Origin: Kiritimatiellia bacterium
GTDB taxonomy: Bacteria > Verrucomicrobiota > Kiritimatiellia > RFP12 > DVOR01
NCBI GenBank assembly: GCA_031552845.1
Contig: JAVBMC010000027.1
Coordinates: 6,073-70,072, forward strand
DNA: 64,000 bases
Direction: 5' to 3'
Shown piece by piece: positions 55,892 through 64,000 of the stretch. The position numbers were made by a program, and so were the translations under genes. The notes beneath the pieces are model-generated. The model searched no databases. It was not told the origin of the DNA and saw nothing but the letters and a program-made list of their open reading frames with translations. How positions within the stretch are numbered: the stretch's first letter is position 1; every line of letters starts with the position of its first letter.

Positions 55892-58831
55892 CTACTCCAG
55901 AAATTGAAAATACACCAGCCGCTGTTCATTCAGTTTTTCGTCCGATCCATTCTTAAATAATTCGATTGCACTACCACCACCCTGATTCCAAGGCCCCGAA
56001 ACACTCGCCGCATCCGGCTGTAATGGATTACGCCAAACCAATGCCACGGCCCGTGCACTGGCACTGGGATTGCCCTCTGTCAAGTCATCACGTCCCAAAA
56101 CCGATGTATAAGCGTCTGCGCGGAGAATATACAGGAACAATTGCTGGCTGCGGCTGAACATATCCTGCGACATTGCAGCAATCATCTTACGGCGAAACTC
56201 CGGCAACTTTCTGACGTTTGCAAGGTTTCTAAAATAGACGCCGGCAGAAAAATCACTATCCAGAAAACGGTCACTATACTCCGCCTCCTCCGGACCATGA
56301 TGACGTTCACGAGTGTCGATAAACATACGAATCACTTCTTGAACAGCTGCCTTAAATTCATCGGATACGGTCGGTGGTGTTGCTGCCCCTTCAGCCGTGG
56401 CATCTTCTATCGACATCGGCATCCCCTGCAAAGCGATTTTCAATACGCTTTCTTGGTCGGTGTTGGAATGCACCAACCCGCGCTGCTTCTTCTTGCTGGC
56501 AGCAAAGAATTTAAAGAAATCAGCGTCATACTTCATCCCATTTTCATACTTATAAGGGCGCAACGCTTGGAAAAAACCAAAATTATTCCCTAGAGCCGCA
56601 TTGAAGTCCGCAGCCATCGCTGGCTGCGTCATATTATAGGGAGGCCGCGGCAAAAACGCCAATTCCCCCGGGACAAAGATCCGTCCTTTATTAGACACAT
56701 AAAAAGCACAGTATTGATCCGTTCCACTGGTCAAAACCGTTTCCGAATGCGGTTCCTTTGCGTGATTATCGCCATTCACCTGCAGCGCTTTGGCCATCAA
56801 CGGATTGGGCACCCCTTTCGATGGGGACTTATTTGGACGGAAATACCAATGTATTGAACTTTCTTCTACCTTATACCCATCTCCACCAGCCCCATAGTTG
56901 TCCAGAACTGCTTTAATGCCACTTTCATTCCGTGCTTCGCTGGATGCAGGTGAAAACCAATTATACCGCGGATCAACCGTGTCCCAAGCCCCCGACAGTG
57001 GCCAAACATTTGAATCACCCGTCACCACCGGCTTGATTTTAGAGACTATTCGGAGTTCTTTTGTAACTGGATCTTCTACCTCTTTAGATTCAAGCTGAAA
57101 GACATACCTCACATGAAAATAACGTTCGCCACACATTCCAAAGTTCTCTGATGATACCAATCCGTTCGGGGCTACGGCAGCCATCTTCGCGTCTATCCCA
57201 TCGAAACTGATTGGCACTTCATCATAAAGTCCGGCTCCCTCAACCTTGAAACGGAAAAACCAATCGAAATAAAGCTTGGCGTCTTTACCCACTTCAAAAG
57301 GGCCCTGATCCGGAAAAGCTACTTTTATTTCAACGTGCTTAAATGTTCCTTTGGGCATGGTACCCACAGAACCACCGCCCGTAGCACCTAAAGACCCTTT
57401 GACCACATACGGGGCGGAGGGCTGTGCAGCAAGAGCAATGCCCCATGCGCCTTCGTGGACAACAGTTGCAGCATTCTTGGTGTCTTGCGCAAACAAATTT
57501 GCCAGCTGAATAGTCAAAGTAGCAGTTCCCGCTGATGCCAAAGCCGGATGAAAATTAATCAACGCGTTTCCGTTCTCATTAACAGGAAACTCTTGGTCTT
57601 GATCAAAAAGATCATCCCTATATATATCTCCTTGATAATGAACAGCAGAGATCATCGGCGTACACTCAGTGGAGGGCAGGCACATGGCGAGATCGTCTTG
57701 CGTGCCATCACCATTCCAAGGAATATCGTCTTCATCCATGTAATCCATCAATGCCAAGCGAAAATACTTGGCGTGATCCCCCGCAACTCCCGTGTAACCC
57801 ATCAGGGCATGCTTTAATGCATCTTTCAGTCGTTCATTGAATTCACTATCGCCCTTCTTTGCGTTCAAATTGGCCAACGTCAAGTCTTCGTCACAGGATA
57901 GAACCATATTGGTCAACTCGGCATAGGACTTGGCTTCTGAGAGCACATTCTTAGAGTAGGCCAGCTGGGGAATAAACGGCCAACGGCTGTAAACTGTCAA
58001 CGGCGCAGGGGATGTGGCGTTGTTTCCCGGCGTGTTACAAAGTACCCAGTCAAGGATATTGTCAGCAAAGTAACCGCTGTTTGTGGCCGCAATCAAATCA
58101 GCCCCTGTCACGAACTGAGTCTCAAACGTCGGCCCGCTGCTGCCACGGCGTGTCTCCACAAAATTAATAGCATCATTCTGTGAATACATGATATTAACGG
58201 CGGTCGGAGAGTCCTCGAACAGTAAAATATCCGTACCATTGGTGCCAACACCACGCACAACGTTTTTCGTGCCGATGGCATTGATGTCAAGCATATCAGA
58301 AACATTGACAACCATCCACGAATAACGCCCGGCAATAGTCGAACTCGCCGCATCAAAGTCGGAGCTAGCATCCCTGACTATTTTAGGACGATCGACCCTC
58401 CGCCAACCCACAGCAAAGCGGGCCTCTAACACGTCTTTTGTCAAAGCCGGCGGAACATGTTCCATTACAGCAGGCGACAATAACCCGGAGTACGCCGCCA
58501 CGTTTTTAAATGAGGCGTGGGTGAGCAAATCATTTTTTGTAGGCGTGGAGACCAAGACACGGGACAAGGGATCTGCACCACTGTCAGCCAGAGAATAGAA
58601 TACCGGCCACAACGTACTGTTGTTGCGGCGCAGCAGATATTCAGTCGTATCACGGGCATCGGCAAATGCCACCGTCAGCATCTGCCGAGCCATGACGGCA
58701 TGCCGATAGTTTGAAGTTCCTTGACGCTCCGTTCGCATATAGATTGTAAACGCGACAGCACTGATCACCAAAAAACTCAGCACGCCGAGCGAAATCAACA
58801 AAGCTGAGCCTCTCTTTGACATTATTCTCAT
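55892..58831 (-). CDS. Giant GspK-like minor pseudopilin (about 980 aa, versus about 330 aa for canonical GspK)
   Basis: The ATG at 58831 has a GGAGAG RBS. The N-terminus MRIMSKRGSALLISLGVLSFLVISAVAFTIYMRTE matches the GspK leader pattern (RG-ALL..L.....A..F......TE, no Glu5). It is the last gene of the pseudopilin operon and has a very large extracellular domain. Confidence 0.55.
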   Translation of the reverse strand: MRIMSKRGSALLISLGVLSFLVISAVAFTIYMRTERQGTSNYRHAVMARQMLTVAFADARDTTEYLLRRNNSTLWPVFYSLADSGADPLSRVLVSTPTKNDLLTHASFKNVAAYSGLLSPAVMEHVPPALTKDVLEARFAVGWRRVDRPKIVRDASSDFDAASSTIAGRYSWMVVNVSDMLDINAIGTKNVVRGVGTNGTDILLFEDSPTAVNIMYSQNDAINFVETRRGSSGPTFETQFVTGADLIAATNSGYFADNILDWVLCNTPGNNATSPAPLTVYSRWPFIPQLAYSKNVLSEAKSYAELTNMVLSCDEDLTLANLNAKKGDSEFNERLKDALKHALMGYTGVAGDHAKYFRLALMDYMDEDDIPWNGDGTQDDLAMCLPSTECTPMISAVHYQGDIYRDDLFDQDQEFPVNENGNALINFHPALASAGTATLTIQLANLFAQDTKNAATVVHEGAWGIALAAQPSAPYVVKGSLGATGGGSVGTMPKGTFKHVEIKVAFPDQGPFEVGKDAKLYFDWFFRFKVEGAGLYDEVPISFDGIDAKMAAVAPNGLVSSENFGMCGERYFHVRYVFQLESKEVEDPVTKELRIVSKIKPVVTGDSNVWPLSGAWDTVDPRYNWFSPASSEARNESGIKAVLDNYGAGGDGYKVEESSIHWYFRPNKSPSKGVPNPLMAKALQVNGDNHAKEPHSETVLTSGTDQYCAFYVSNKGRIFVPGELAFLPRPPYNMTQPAMAADFNAALGNNFGFFQALRPYKYENGMKYDADFFKFFAASKKKQRGLVHSNTDQESVLKIALQGMPMSIEDATAEGAATPPTVSDEFKAAVQEVIRMFIDTRERHHGPEEAEYSDRFLDSDFSAGVYFRNLANVRKLPEFRRKMIAAMSQDMFSRSQQLFLYILRADAYTSVLGRDDLTEGNPSASARAVALVWRNPLQPDAASVSGPWNQGGGSAIELFKNGSDEKLNEQRLVYFQFLE

Positions 58832-58844
58832 GAATCTCTCCAAA

Positions 58845-59288
58845 TCAATCAACGTAACGGGCTAAATTCGGCACGAAAACTCCAGTCACAAATGTTTCAT
58901 CCATCTTTTCGTTATCCTGTTGACGAATGATCCTTACGCGATATGGACGCCCCCATGGATCTAAAAATTGATCGTTTGCGTTCAGACGGGCGTTCAAATA
59001 GACGACCCCCTCCGAGTTGTTTTTAGGATCAAGCAAAGCCCCCATGTTGGCCAAGCTGACTTCCAATGAGTCGGCATCCTCTGTCGAAAACGGCAACGGA
59101 TTAGCGTCTTCGTAATGCGCTTCCTCGTAAGTACGTATGGCGTTGACAATTTCGCGCAGCTCAACCTCTGCCTTGACCACCCGCGCCCGCTCCCGTGCAC
59201 CGGATACCGAAATAGCCAAAGCCGCCATCATGATGCTGATCACGGACACAACAATCAGCATTTCTATCAAGGTAAAACCTTTATTCAT
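58845..59288 (-). CDS. GspG-like major pseudopilin
   Basis: The ATG at 59288 gives the leader MNKG|FTLIEMLIVVSVISIMMAAL (prepilin cleavage/methylation motif) and has a GAGGGA RBS. The C-terminus DPWGRPYRVRI matches the GspG DPWGNPY block. Confidence 0.7.
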   Translation of the reverse strand: MNKGFTLIEMLIVVSVISIMMAALAISVSGARERARVVKAEVELREIVNAIRTYEEAHYEDANPLPFSTEDADSLEVSLANMGALLDPKNNSEGVVYLNARLNANDQFLDPWGRPYRVRIIRQQDNEKMDETFVTGVFVPNLARYVD

Positions 59289-59343
59289 CAATTTATCCCT
59301 CACGGATACCTCTGAATTCTTAGCGCTAAACATCAGACACATC

Positions 59344-60045
59344 CTATTTTTGAGTCCCCAACCAAGTCCGAATTACCGACGATTCGGGATCATCTGGATC
59401 CTGTCCGGTGCCCTTACGCCCCCATGACCATGCCCCAATATCATACGTGTTTCTGGCATTTGCTCTCAGCTCCGCAGTTACTTGGTAAACCATTGAACGC
59501 TCTGCTTTAAAATAGGAGTCTAGCTCGATCCGCGAAGCGCTAACCGTTACATGTGAATTGACTTCATCTTGAACAGTCACGGTCACCACAGTAGCCTTTT
59601 TGCCCTGAGCATCAAACAGCGTCTCTTCGCGTTGGCAAGAGCCGCCGCCCAACGACCATTTGACCAAGGAATACCCCCGAACAGACACAACCTGCCCCTT
59701 ATCTCCCCGTGACGTAGACGGCCGCAAGATAAAAAAAGATGTTGGAGGGGTGAAGGATCCGGCATTCATCACTGCACTTGTAGAAACAAGGCCTACATCC
59801 GCTAAGAAACCGATGTCAACCATATTAGCCAAATCACGCTCCAACATCGCTGTGGCTGAACGCAGCTGGCCATAGCCTTGCACCTGATCCGTTCCCGCAC
59901 GCCATGCCAAATTACTTTGCTGAAACAATGCCGACATCATCATCATCAACATCGAAAAAACCGCAACAGCCACCATCACTTCAATCAACGAGAAACCTGC
60001 AGAAATCTTCTTCCTGCAATTCTGGCATGTCCATTTTTTTTTCAT
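59344..60045 (-). CDS. Prepilin-type N-terminal cleavage/methylation-domain protein (GspJ-like minor pseudopilin)
   Basis: The ATG at 60045 (or 60069) gives the leader MKKKWTCQNCRKKISAG|FSLIEVMVAVAVFSMLMM. About 230 aa. Confidence 0.65.
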   Translation of the reverse strand: MKKKWTCQNCRKKISAGFSLIEVMVAVAVFSMLMMMMSALFQQSNLAWRAGTDQVQGYGQLRSATAMLERDLANMVDIGFLADVGLVSTSAVMNAGSFTPPTSFFILRPSTSRGDKGQVVSVRGYSLVKWSLGGGSCQREETLFDAQGKKATVVTVTVQDEVNSHVTVSASRIELDSYFKAERSMVYQVTAELRANARNTYDIGAWSWGRKGTGQDPDDPESSVIRTWLGTQK

Positions 60046-60065
60046 GTTAGCGCTTTGCTCCCTAC

Positions 60066-60647
60066 TCATGGCAAAATACCCTTGTAATGCCATGCCATCG
60101 GCACCGCGAAAAATACCGGGTTACTACGGAAGACCCCTGTCGACAACTCGGACGATTGAACTGCAACAACTTGCAGCAATGTACTATTCCTCACACTAGC
60201 GCTATCCGTAAACAGTCCGCAATCATCACTGTTCGCCTCCTCCAAAACGACTAACCTATACTGACCATTATCACCCGAGTTTGAACCTGTTTTCATCGAC
60301 CGAACCTGTAGAGTAGTGTCAGCGATTTGTTCCACTTTTGTTTTATCAAGACCACCGGGGAGGCCACCGCCTGGCGCGTCTAATTTTGCAGGCAAGCCTT
60401 GCGCCGGCGATGATATCACCGCATGACCCTGTGCCAAAGCCAACGCATATTGAGCGAACATGGTTTGCTTTAAGTCTGCCCGATTTTGCATTCCTTCACG
60501 CAAGCCCGCCGGGAATAACGCCATTAAAGCCAGAACCCCAAAACCCATAACGAATACGGCCATGTTCACTTCAATCAGCGAAAACCCCGATACACGTCGG
60601 TGGCATTGCAACTTCCGTCGCAGAAAACGACTGAGTACAAGCCTCAT
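60066..60647 (-). CDS. Prepilin-type pseudopilin (GspI-like)
   Basis: 193 aa with the leader ...RRVSG|FSLIEVNMAVFVMGFGVLAL. Confidence 0.65.
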   Translation of the reverse strand: MRLVLSRFLRRKLQCHRRVSGFSLIEVNMAVFVMGFGVLALMALFPAGLREGMQNRADLKQTMFAQYALALAQGHAVISSPAQGLPAKLDAPGGGLPGGLDKTKVEQIADTTLQVRSMKTGSNSGDNGQYRLVVLEEANSDDCGLFTDSASVRNSTLLQVVAVQSSELSTGVFRSNPVFFAVPMAWHYKGILP

Positions 60648-60682
60648 AGATAACCTCTTTTCAACATACGCAACCTAACCTG

Positions 60683-61507
60683 TCAGTTCTTTTTTGTAGA
60701 GGAACTAATCTTTCCCGTTCCGGGATTAATGGTGACGACAAAATCCAAGCTCCCTTTGCTTTTCGCTCCTTTAAATTTGGCAGACACGGTGTTAACGGAG
60801 CTCCCCAAAGAACCATCAGCATTAAAAAGAATCATATCTCCGCCCACGTTCAATTCGTATCCTGCCGGCGCGGCATAGGTCTGAGATGCTCGCGACCACA
60901 GCATTATTCCGTGCCCCGGCATGCGTGTTTTATCATTTTCAAGATCACCCATAGAACCCTGCGTGCCTGAAACAAAAACATATCCGTTCGTGAGCGAACC
61001 AGCTTTATCTGGGGGACCGAATGATTCACGCTCCACACCGCAGTATGCAATAACATCCGTTCCATTTGCGATATCCACAAGGCGACAGGTGTAAGATTTT
61101 CCGGAACCGCTGGACGAGGCCACCATTTCACCTCTCAACTTTTCGACAACGTTTCCAAAAAAGTCAATATACCCTCCGCCTCTATGAAAAAAATCTCCAT
61201 TATAGACAACTCCAAGCTCAGTGCAAAGCGAGTACAGTGCCGTCACTCCGTCCTTTTCTGATCGCGAGAACAGTACGCCGACTCGCGTATTTCCCAAGCA
61301 AGCCTTCTGACGCGCTTGTGTCAATACGTTGACCAATTGCGTAGCGCCGCGTTTTTGAGCCAGCGCCTGCGAGGACCCCATATAACCGGCGATCGTCAAT
61401 GTTGTCATTAATGCCATAATTCCGATAACAACCAACAGCTCCAGCAGGGTAAACCCACTAGGTTTCCCGAAACGTCTGACACAACTACATATCCCTGAAT
61501 TCAACAT
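60683..61507 (-). CDS. Prepilin-type pseudopilin (GspH-like)
   Basis: 274 aa with the leader ...FGKPSG|FTLLELLVVIGIMALM. Confidence 0.65.
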   Translation of the reverse strand: MLNSGICSCVRRFGKPSGFTLLELLVVIGIMALMTTLTIAGYMGSSQALAQKRGATQLVNVLTQARQKACLGNTRVGVLFSRSEKDGVTALYSLCTELGVVYNGDFFHRGGGYIDFFGNVVEKLRGEMVASSSGSGKSYTCRLVDIANGTDVIAYCGVERESFGPPDKAGSLTNGYVFVSGTQGSMGDLENDKTRMPGHGIMLWSRASQTYAAPAGYELNVGGDMILFNADGSLGSSVNTVSAKFKGAKSKGSLDFVVTINPGTGKISSSTKKN

Positions 61508-61519
61508 GAGGCAACTCCA

Positions 61520-62161
61520 TCACTTCTTTATATAACGTTTCACATTTTTACCGGCATCGCTCTCCGGCGTGTAAACCATGGCACTGTCATTGTCCAAGTC
61601 GTAAACAATAATCAAGTAATTGAGGTCTTGCTTCGGTCCCGTACGTGGGCCCGTAATAATATTCAGCTCGCCGTTATCCGGTGTAATACCCTTTCCACCT
61701 TCCCGCGCCATCTTCCATGTACAGGTTAGTCCATCGGATCTTTCAACGAACACCACCGAGGGATCGAGAAATGCACGCTTATTGGGATTCTCTTCAGGTC
61801 CCGTGTTAATCGGATCCAGCGCCTTCAAAACAAGCGAATTCGCACCATACCTAAGTCCACTCAATGCATCCCCACCGCCAAACACAGCACCCTTAAAATG
61901 GCGCGTATCATCCGACCCAACAACAATGTTCTCGTACTGGTTAAAGTTTTCAGGCAATCCTGGCCAACGACGGTAATATTGGCGATAGGCGACAATCGCA
62001 TTTTTGACGGCGGTAACCGCAGCGGCCTTTTGCTTATCCCGAACAGCTTTATTGTTTTTAACAATCGCTCCTATTGTTAACCCCATCACAATTACAAGAA
62101 TCGTAATAGCTATCATCAACTCAATCAGCGTCATTCCGCTTCTGTCAGAGCATTTCATCAC
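61520..62161 (-). CDS. Prepilin-type pseudopilin
   Basis: 213 aa with the leader MMKCSDRSG|MTLIELMIAITILVIV. Confidence 0.6.
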   Translation of the reverse strand: MMKCSDRSGMTLIELMIAITILVIVMGLTIGAIVKNNKAVRDKQKAAAVTAVKNAIVAYRQYYRRWPGLPENFNQYENIVVGSDDTRHFKGAVFGGGDALSGLRYGANSLVLKALDPINTGPEENPNKRAFLDPSVVFVERSDGLTCTWKMAREGGKGITPDNGELNIITGPRTGPKQDLNYLIIVYDLDNDSAMVYTPESDAGKNVKRYIKK

Positions 62162-62184
62162 AATACCTTCACTTTTTATTTGTA

Positions 62185-62826
62185 TTACCAGCTCTTTGTC
62201 GATAATTTCCGAAAGAACTCCACATCAATGGCTCCGGCAGGCTTCCCATCCACACCCCAAGACCACGCTGCGGCAGATGCACGGATCTCAACACCCGCCG
62301 GCAACAAGCCAGAGTCTTCACTATTGATGAGTCCGTCATAGTTCAAATCGAGAGCAAATTGAATACGCCGGCGGTCAGCTTCCGCAGCAGTCAAGCGTCC
62401 CTGTTTTGCCAAACGCTGCCCCCAAGAATCTAGCAACCCCCACCGCACCTCAATATTCTTCGATTCATCAATGGTGGCAGTATCCATCCCAGGATACGAA
62501 AGATCCATATAGCGGTACTTTGCTCTGCCGGGCGTTGGTTCATATCCACCACCGAGTATCCTGCAAATGTCGGTATCCACGCCATTTTCAAAGCTAACAC
62601 CCTCAGGCCACGTTCGATTACGCAGCAAATAAGTTCCCCAAACTGTTGCCACCTGTGAAGCCAAGGAGGTGGAAGTCGATGCGAAAGCCATACGCTGCAC
62701 TCTGCCATACCCGACGAGCATTGATGCGATCAGGATACTCATGATCGAAATAACGACTAACAACTCCATCAGAGTGAAACCAAACCGCCTCAGATTTCTC
62801 TGGTTTTTCATACCTTCGCAATTCAT
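62185..62826 (-). CDS. Prepilin-type pseudopilin
   Basis: 213 aa with the leader ...NLRRFG|FTLMELLVVISIMSILIA. Confidence 0.65.
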   Translation of the reverse strand: MNCEGMKNQRNLRRFGFTLMELLVVISIMSILIASMLVGYGRVQRMAFASTSTSLASQVATVWGTYLLRNRTWPEGVSFENGVDTDICRILGGGYEPTPGRAKYRYMDLSYPGMDTATIDESKNIEVRWGLLDSWGQRLAKQGRLTAAEADRRRIQFALDLNYDGLINSEDSGLLPAGVEIRASAAAWSWGVDGKPAGAIDVEFFRKLSTKSW

Positions 62827-62839
62827 TCAACCTGCCCTT

Positions 62840-63661
62840 TCATCGATCCGTAAGAACAATATCATCATTATCCGGTGATGTTTCCTTATCCAAATTCTTA
62901 TTAGGCCCGCGCGAAATCAATCGATAATGCTGGAATGGCGGCGCACACTCATACATCAACGACTTATCCCAAGCATCACTAATATCACGAACCCGGCACC
63001 AGATTTCGCCGTGATTATTCGCTGAGACAGCATCATCCCATTTAGGTGACAACAGGTCAGCAATCTGAGGTTTCCAGCGGTTACACACATCTGTTCTCGG
63101 ATCCACGCCCTCATACTGAACAGCATCGTCCCAAGCGTTTCCCTGAAAACGTCCTAAAGCCTTTTTAATTTTATATTGGAATCGAAGGCGATCCGGCAAG
63201 TCAGGATCTCTTGCGTTGCCTCCGTACATTGAGGATAGCCGTGGAATAAGGTAGGCCACTAACCCAAACTTCATGTCCGCTTCGTTACCGCCATCCGGCG
63301 GAACAACAACATACCCCAACGCATCCCCTGTAGGCTCTTCGGCAACCGTCGGCGGCATGATGAAGATGACTTCAACCGGGTTGGTGTATACCACGGAGAA
63401 ATCCGCGTCCGTAGCCAAGCTATCATAGCTGGCCGAAGGCGGATACGCGCCATATTCGGCGTAAAAAGCTCCTAGCGCATTATGCACCCGCTCCATAATC
63501 GCTTTCGTTTTCGCCTGCTTAGCAGCATCAGAGGCAATCCCCATCAGCCTAAACGTACCTGCCATCAGAATAGCAATTACCACCACCACCACGAGGATTT
63601 CAATCAACGTGAACCCGCCTGTACCTTGGCGCATTTTCCTGAACGTTGAGTTCATTGTCAA
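62840..63661 (-). CDS. Long GspG-like pseudopilin
   Basis: 273 aa with the leader ...RQGTGG|FTLIEILVVVVVIAILMAG. The block ALGAFYAEYGAYPP matches the GspG alpha-helix/YP block. Confidence 0.65.
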   Translation of the reverse strand: MTMNSTFRKMRQGTGGFTLIEILVVVVVIAILMAGTFRLMGIASDAAKQAKTKAIMERVHNALGAFYAEYGAYPPSASYDSLATDADFSVVYTNPVEVIFIMPPTVAEEPTGDALGYVVVPPDGGNEADMKFGLVAYLIPRLSSMYGGNARDPDLPDRLRFQYKIKKALGRFQGNAWDDAVQYEGVDPRTDVCNRWKPQIADLLSPKWDDAVSANNHGEIWCRVRDISDAWDKSLMYECAPPFQHYRLISRGPNKNLDKETSPDNDDIVLTDR

Positions 63662-63676
63662 GTCTCCTTGCAGGTA

Positions 63677-64000
63677 TTAAGTTGCCTGAGCGCTGAGCGA
63701 ACCAATAATCTTAATCAACGGCATGAACATGGCTACGACGATACCGCCGACCACCACCGCCAAGAAGATAATCAGCACTGGTTCGATAATCGACGTTAAA
63801 CCGGCCACAGCATTATCCACTTCATCATCATACGTATCCGCCACGCGAATAAGCATGTCGGGCAAAGCGCCGGTTTCTTCGCCGACTTCCACCATCGAAA
63901 CCACCATCGGCGGGAACAGCTTGGATGCCGCAATCGGCGCGGTCATGCCTTCACCTTCTTTAACGCTATCGTGAATCGACTGCACCGCGGTTGAAATCAC
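63677..64000 (-). CDS. gspF: Type II secretion / type IV pilus platform protein GspF/PilC, C-terminal part (gene continues beyond the window end)
   Basis: The C-terminus ...[35 protein letters not shown] is the conserved last TM of GspF/PilC. The Met at the ORF start is internal, and the gene runs off the window. Confidence 0.7.
   Translation of the reverse strand: MISTAVQSIHDSVKEGEGMTAPIAASKLFPPMVVSMVEVGEETGALPDMLIRVADTYDDEVDNAVAGLTSIIEPVLIIFLAVVVGGIVVAMFMPLIKIIGSLSAQAT

Noticed and set aside
1-64000. Looked for rRNA, tRNA, transposase/integrase, toxin-antitoxin pairs and restriction-modification genes
   Set aside because: No T-psi-C-loop-like GGTTCGAATCC contexts outside coding regions. 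No DDE, tyrosine-recombinase or serine-recombinase motifs. No small paired ORFs with TA-like features were found.

Overview
This is a high-GC window that most likely comes from a PVC-group bacterium (Verrucomicrobia or Lentisphaerae), not a proteobacterium. Three things point that way: a large family of proteins with prepilin-type N-terminal GF(T/S)L(I/L)E leaders, an exosortase with a CTERM sorting-signal partner, and many giant secreted beta-helix, LamG and Calx-beta proteins.

Part 1, the gene content in order:
- rnfE (partial Rnf operon at the window start), an RluA-family pseudouridine synthase and a PstS-like binding protein.
- A tandem triplication of heparinase II/III-family polysaccharide lyases on the minus strand.
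- A 1278-aa Calx-beta surface protein, dgkA, an 804-aa secreted protein with an internal repeat, and a BspA-type leucine-rich-repeat surface protein followed by a small membrane protein.
- An exosortase-K-like gene followed by its single MSEP-CTERM substrate (979 aa, polytopic).
- A three-gene GMC flavoprotein dehydrogenase module: a Tat-signal small subunit, a GMC oxidoreductase, and a membrane-anchored cytochrome c with nine CxxCH motifs.
- A czc/cus-like RND heavy-metal efflux operon (outer-membrane factor, small periplasmic protein, periplasmic adaptor, RND pump).
- A GH10 xylanase and a SASA-type esterase that are translationally coupled, plus a beta-helix secreted protein.
- A bioH-bioC-bioD-bioA biotin operon continuing into an AdoHcy-hydrolase-like gene and an MtaD/DadD-like adenosine-family deaminase.
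- Three tandem LamG-domain beta-helix paralogs bracketed by a ~60-bp direct repeat.
- A lipoprotein, a tRNA-dihydrouridine synthase and a rhomboid protease.
- A type II secretion / pseudopilin operon: GspF (partial, runs off the window end), two GspG-like and five other pseudopilins, and a 986-aa GspK-like giant.

Part 2, the hunt. Three promoter-proximal arrays of direct repeats with a strict 22-23-bp period are described. They sit upstream of the heparinase operon, the exosortase operon and a beta-helix surface-protein gene. No CRISPR array, rRNA, tRNA or obvious transposase or integrase was seen.
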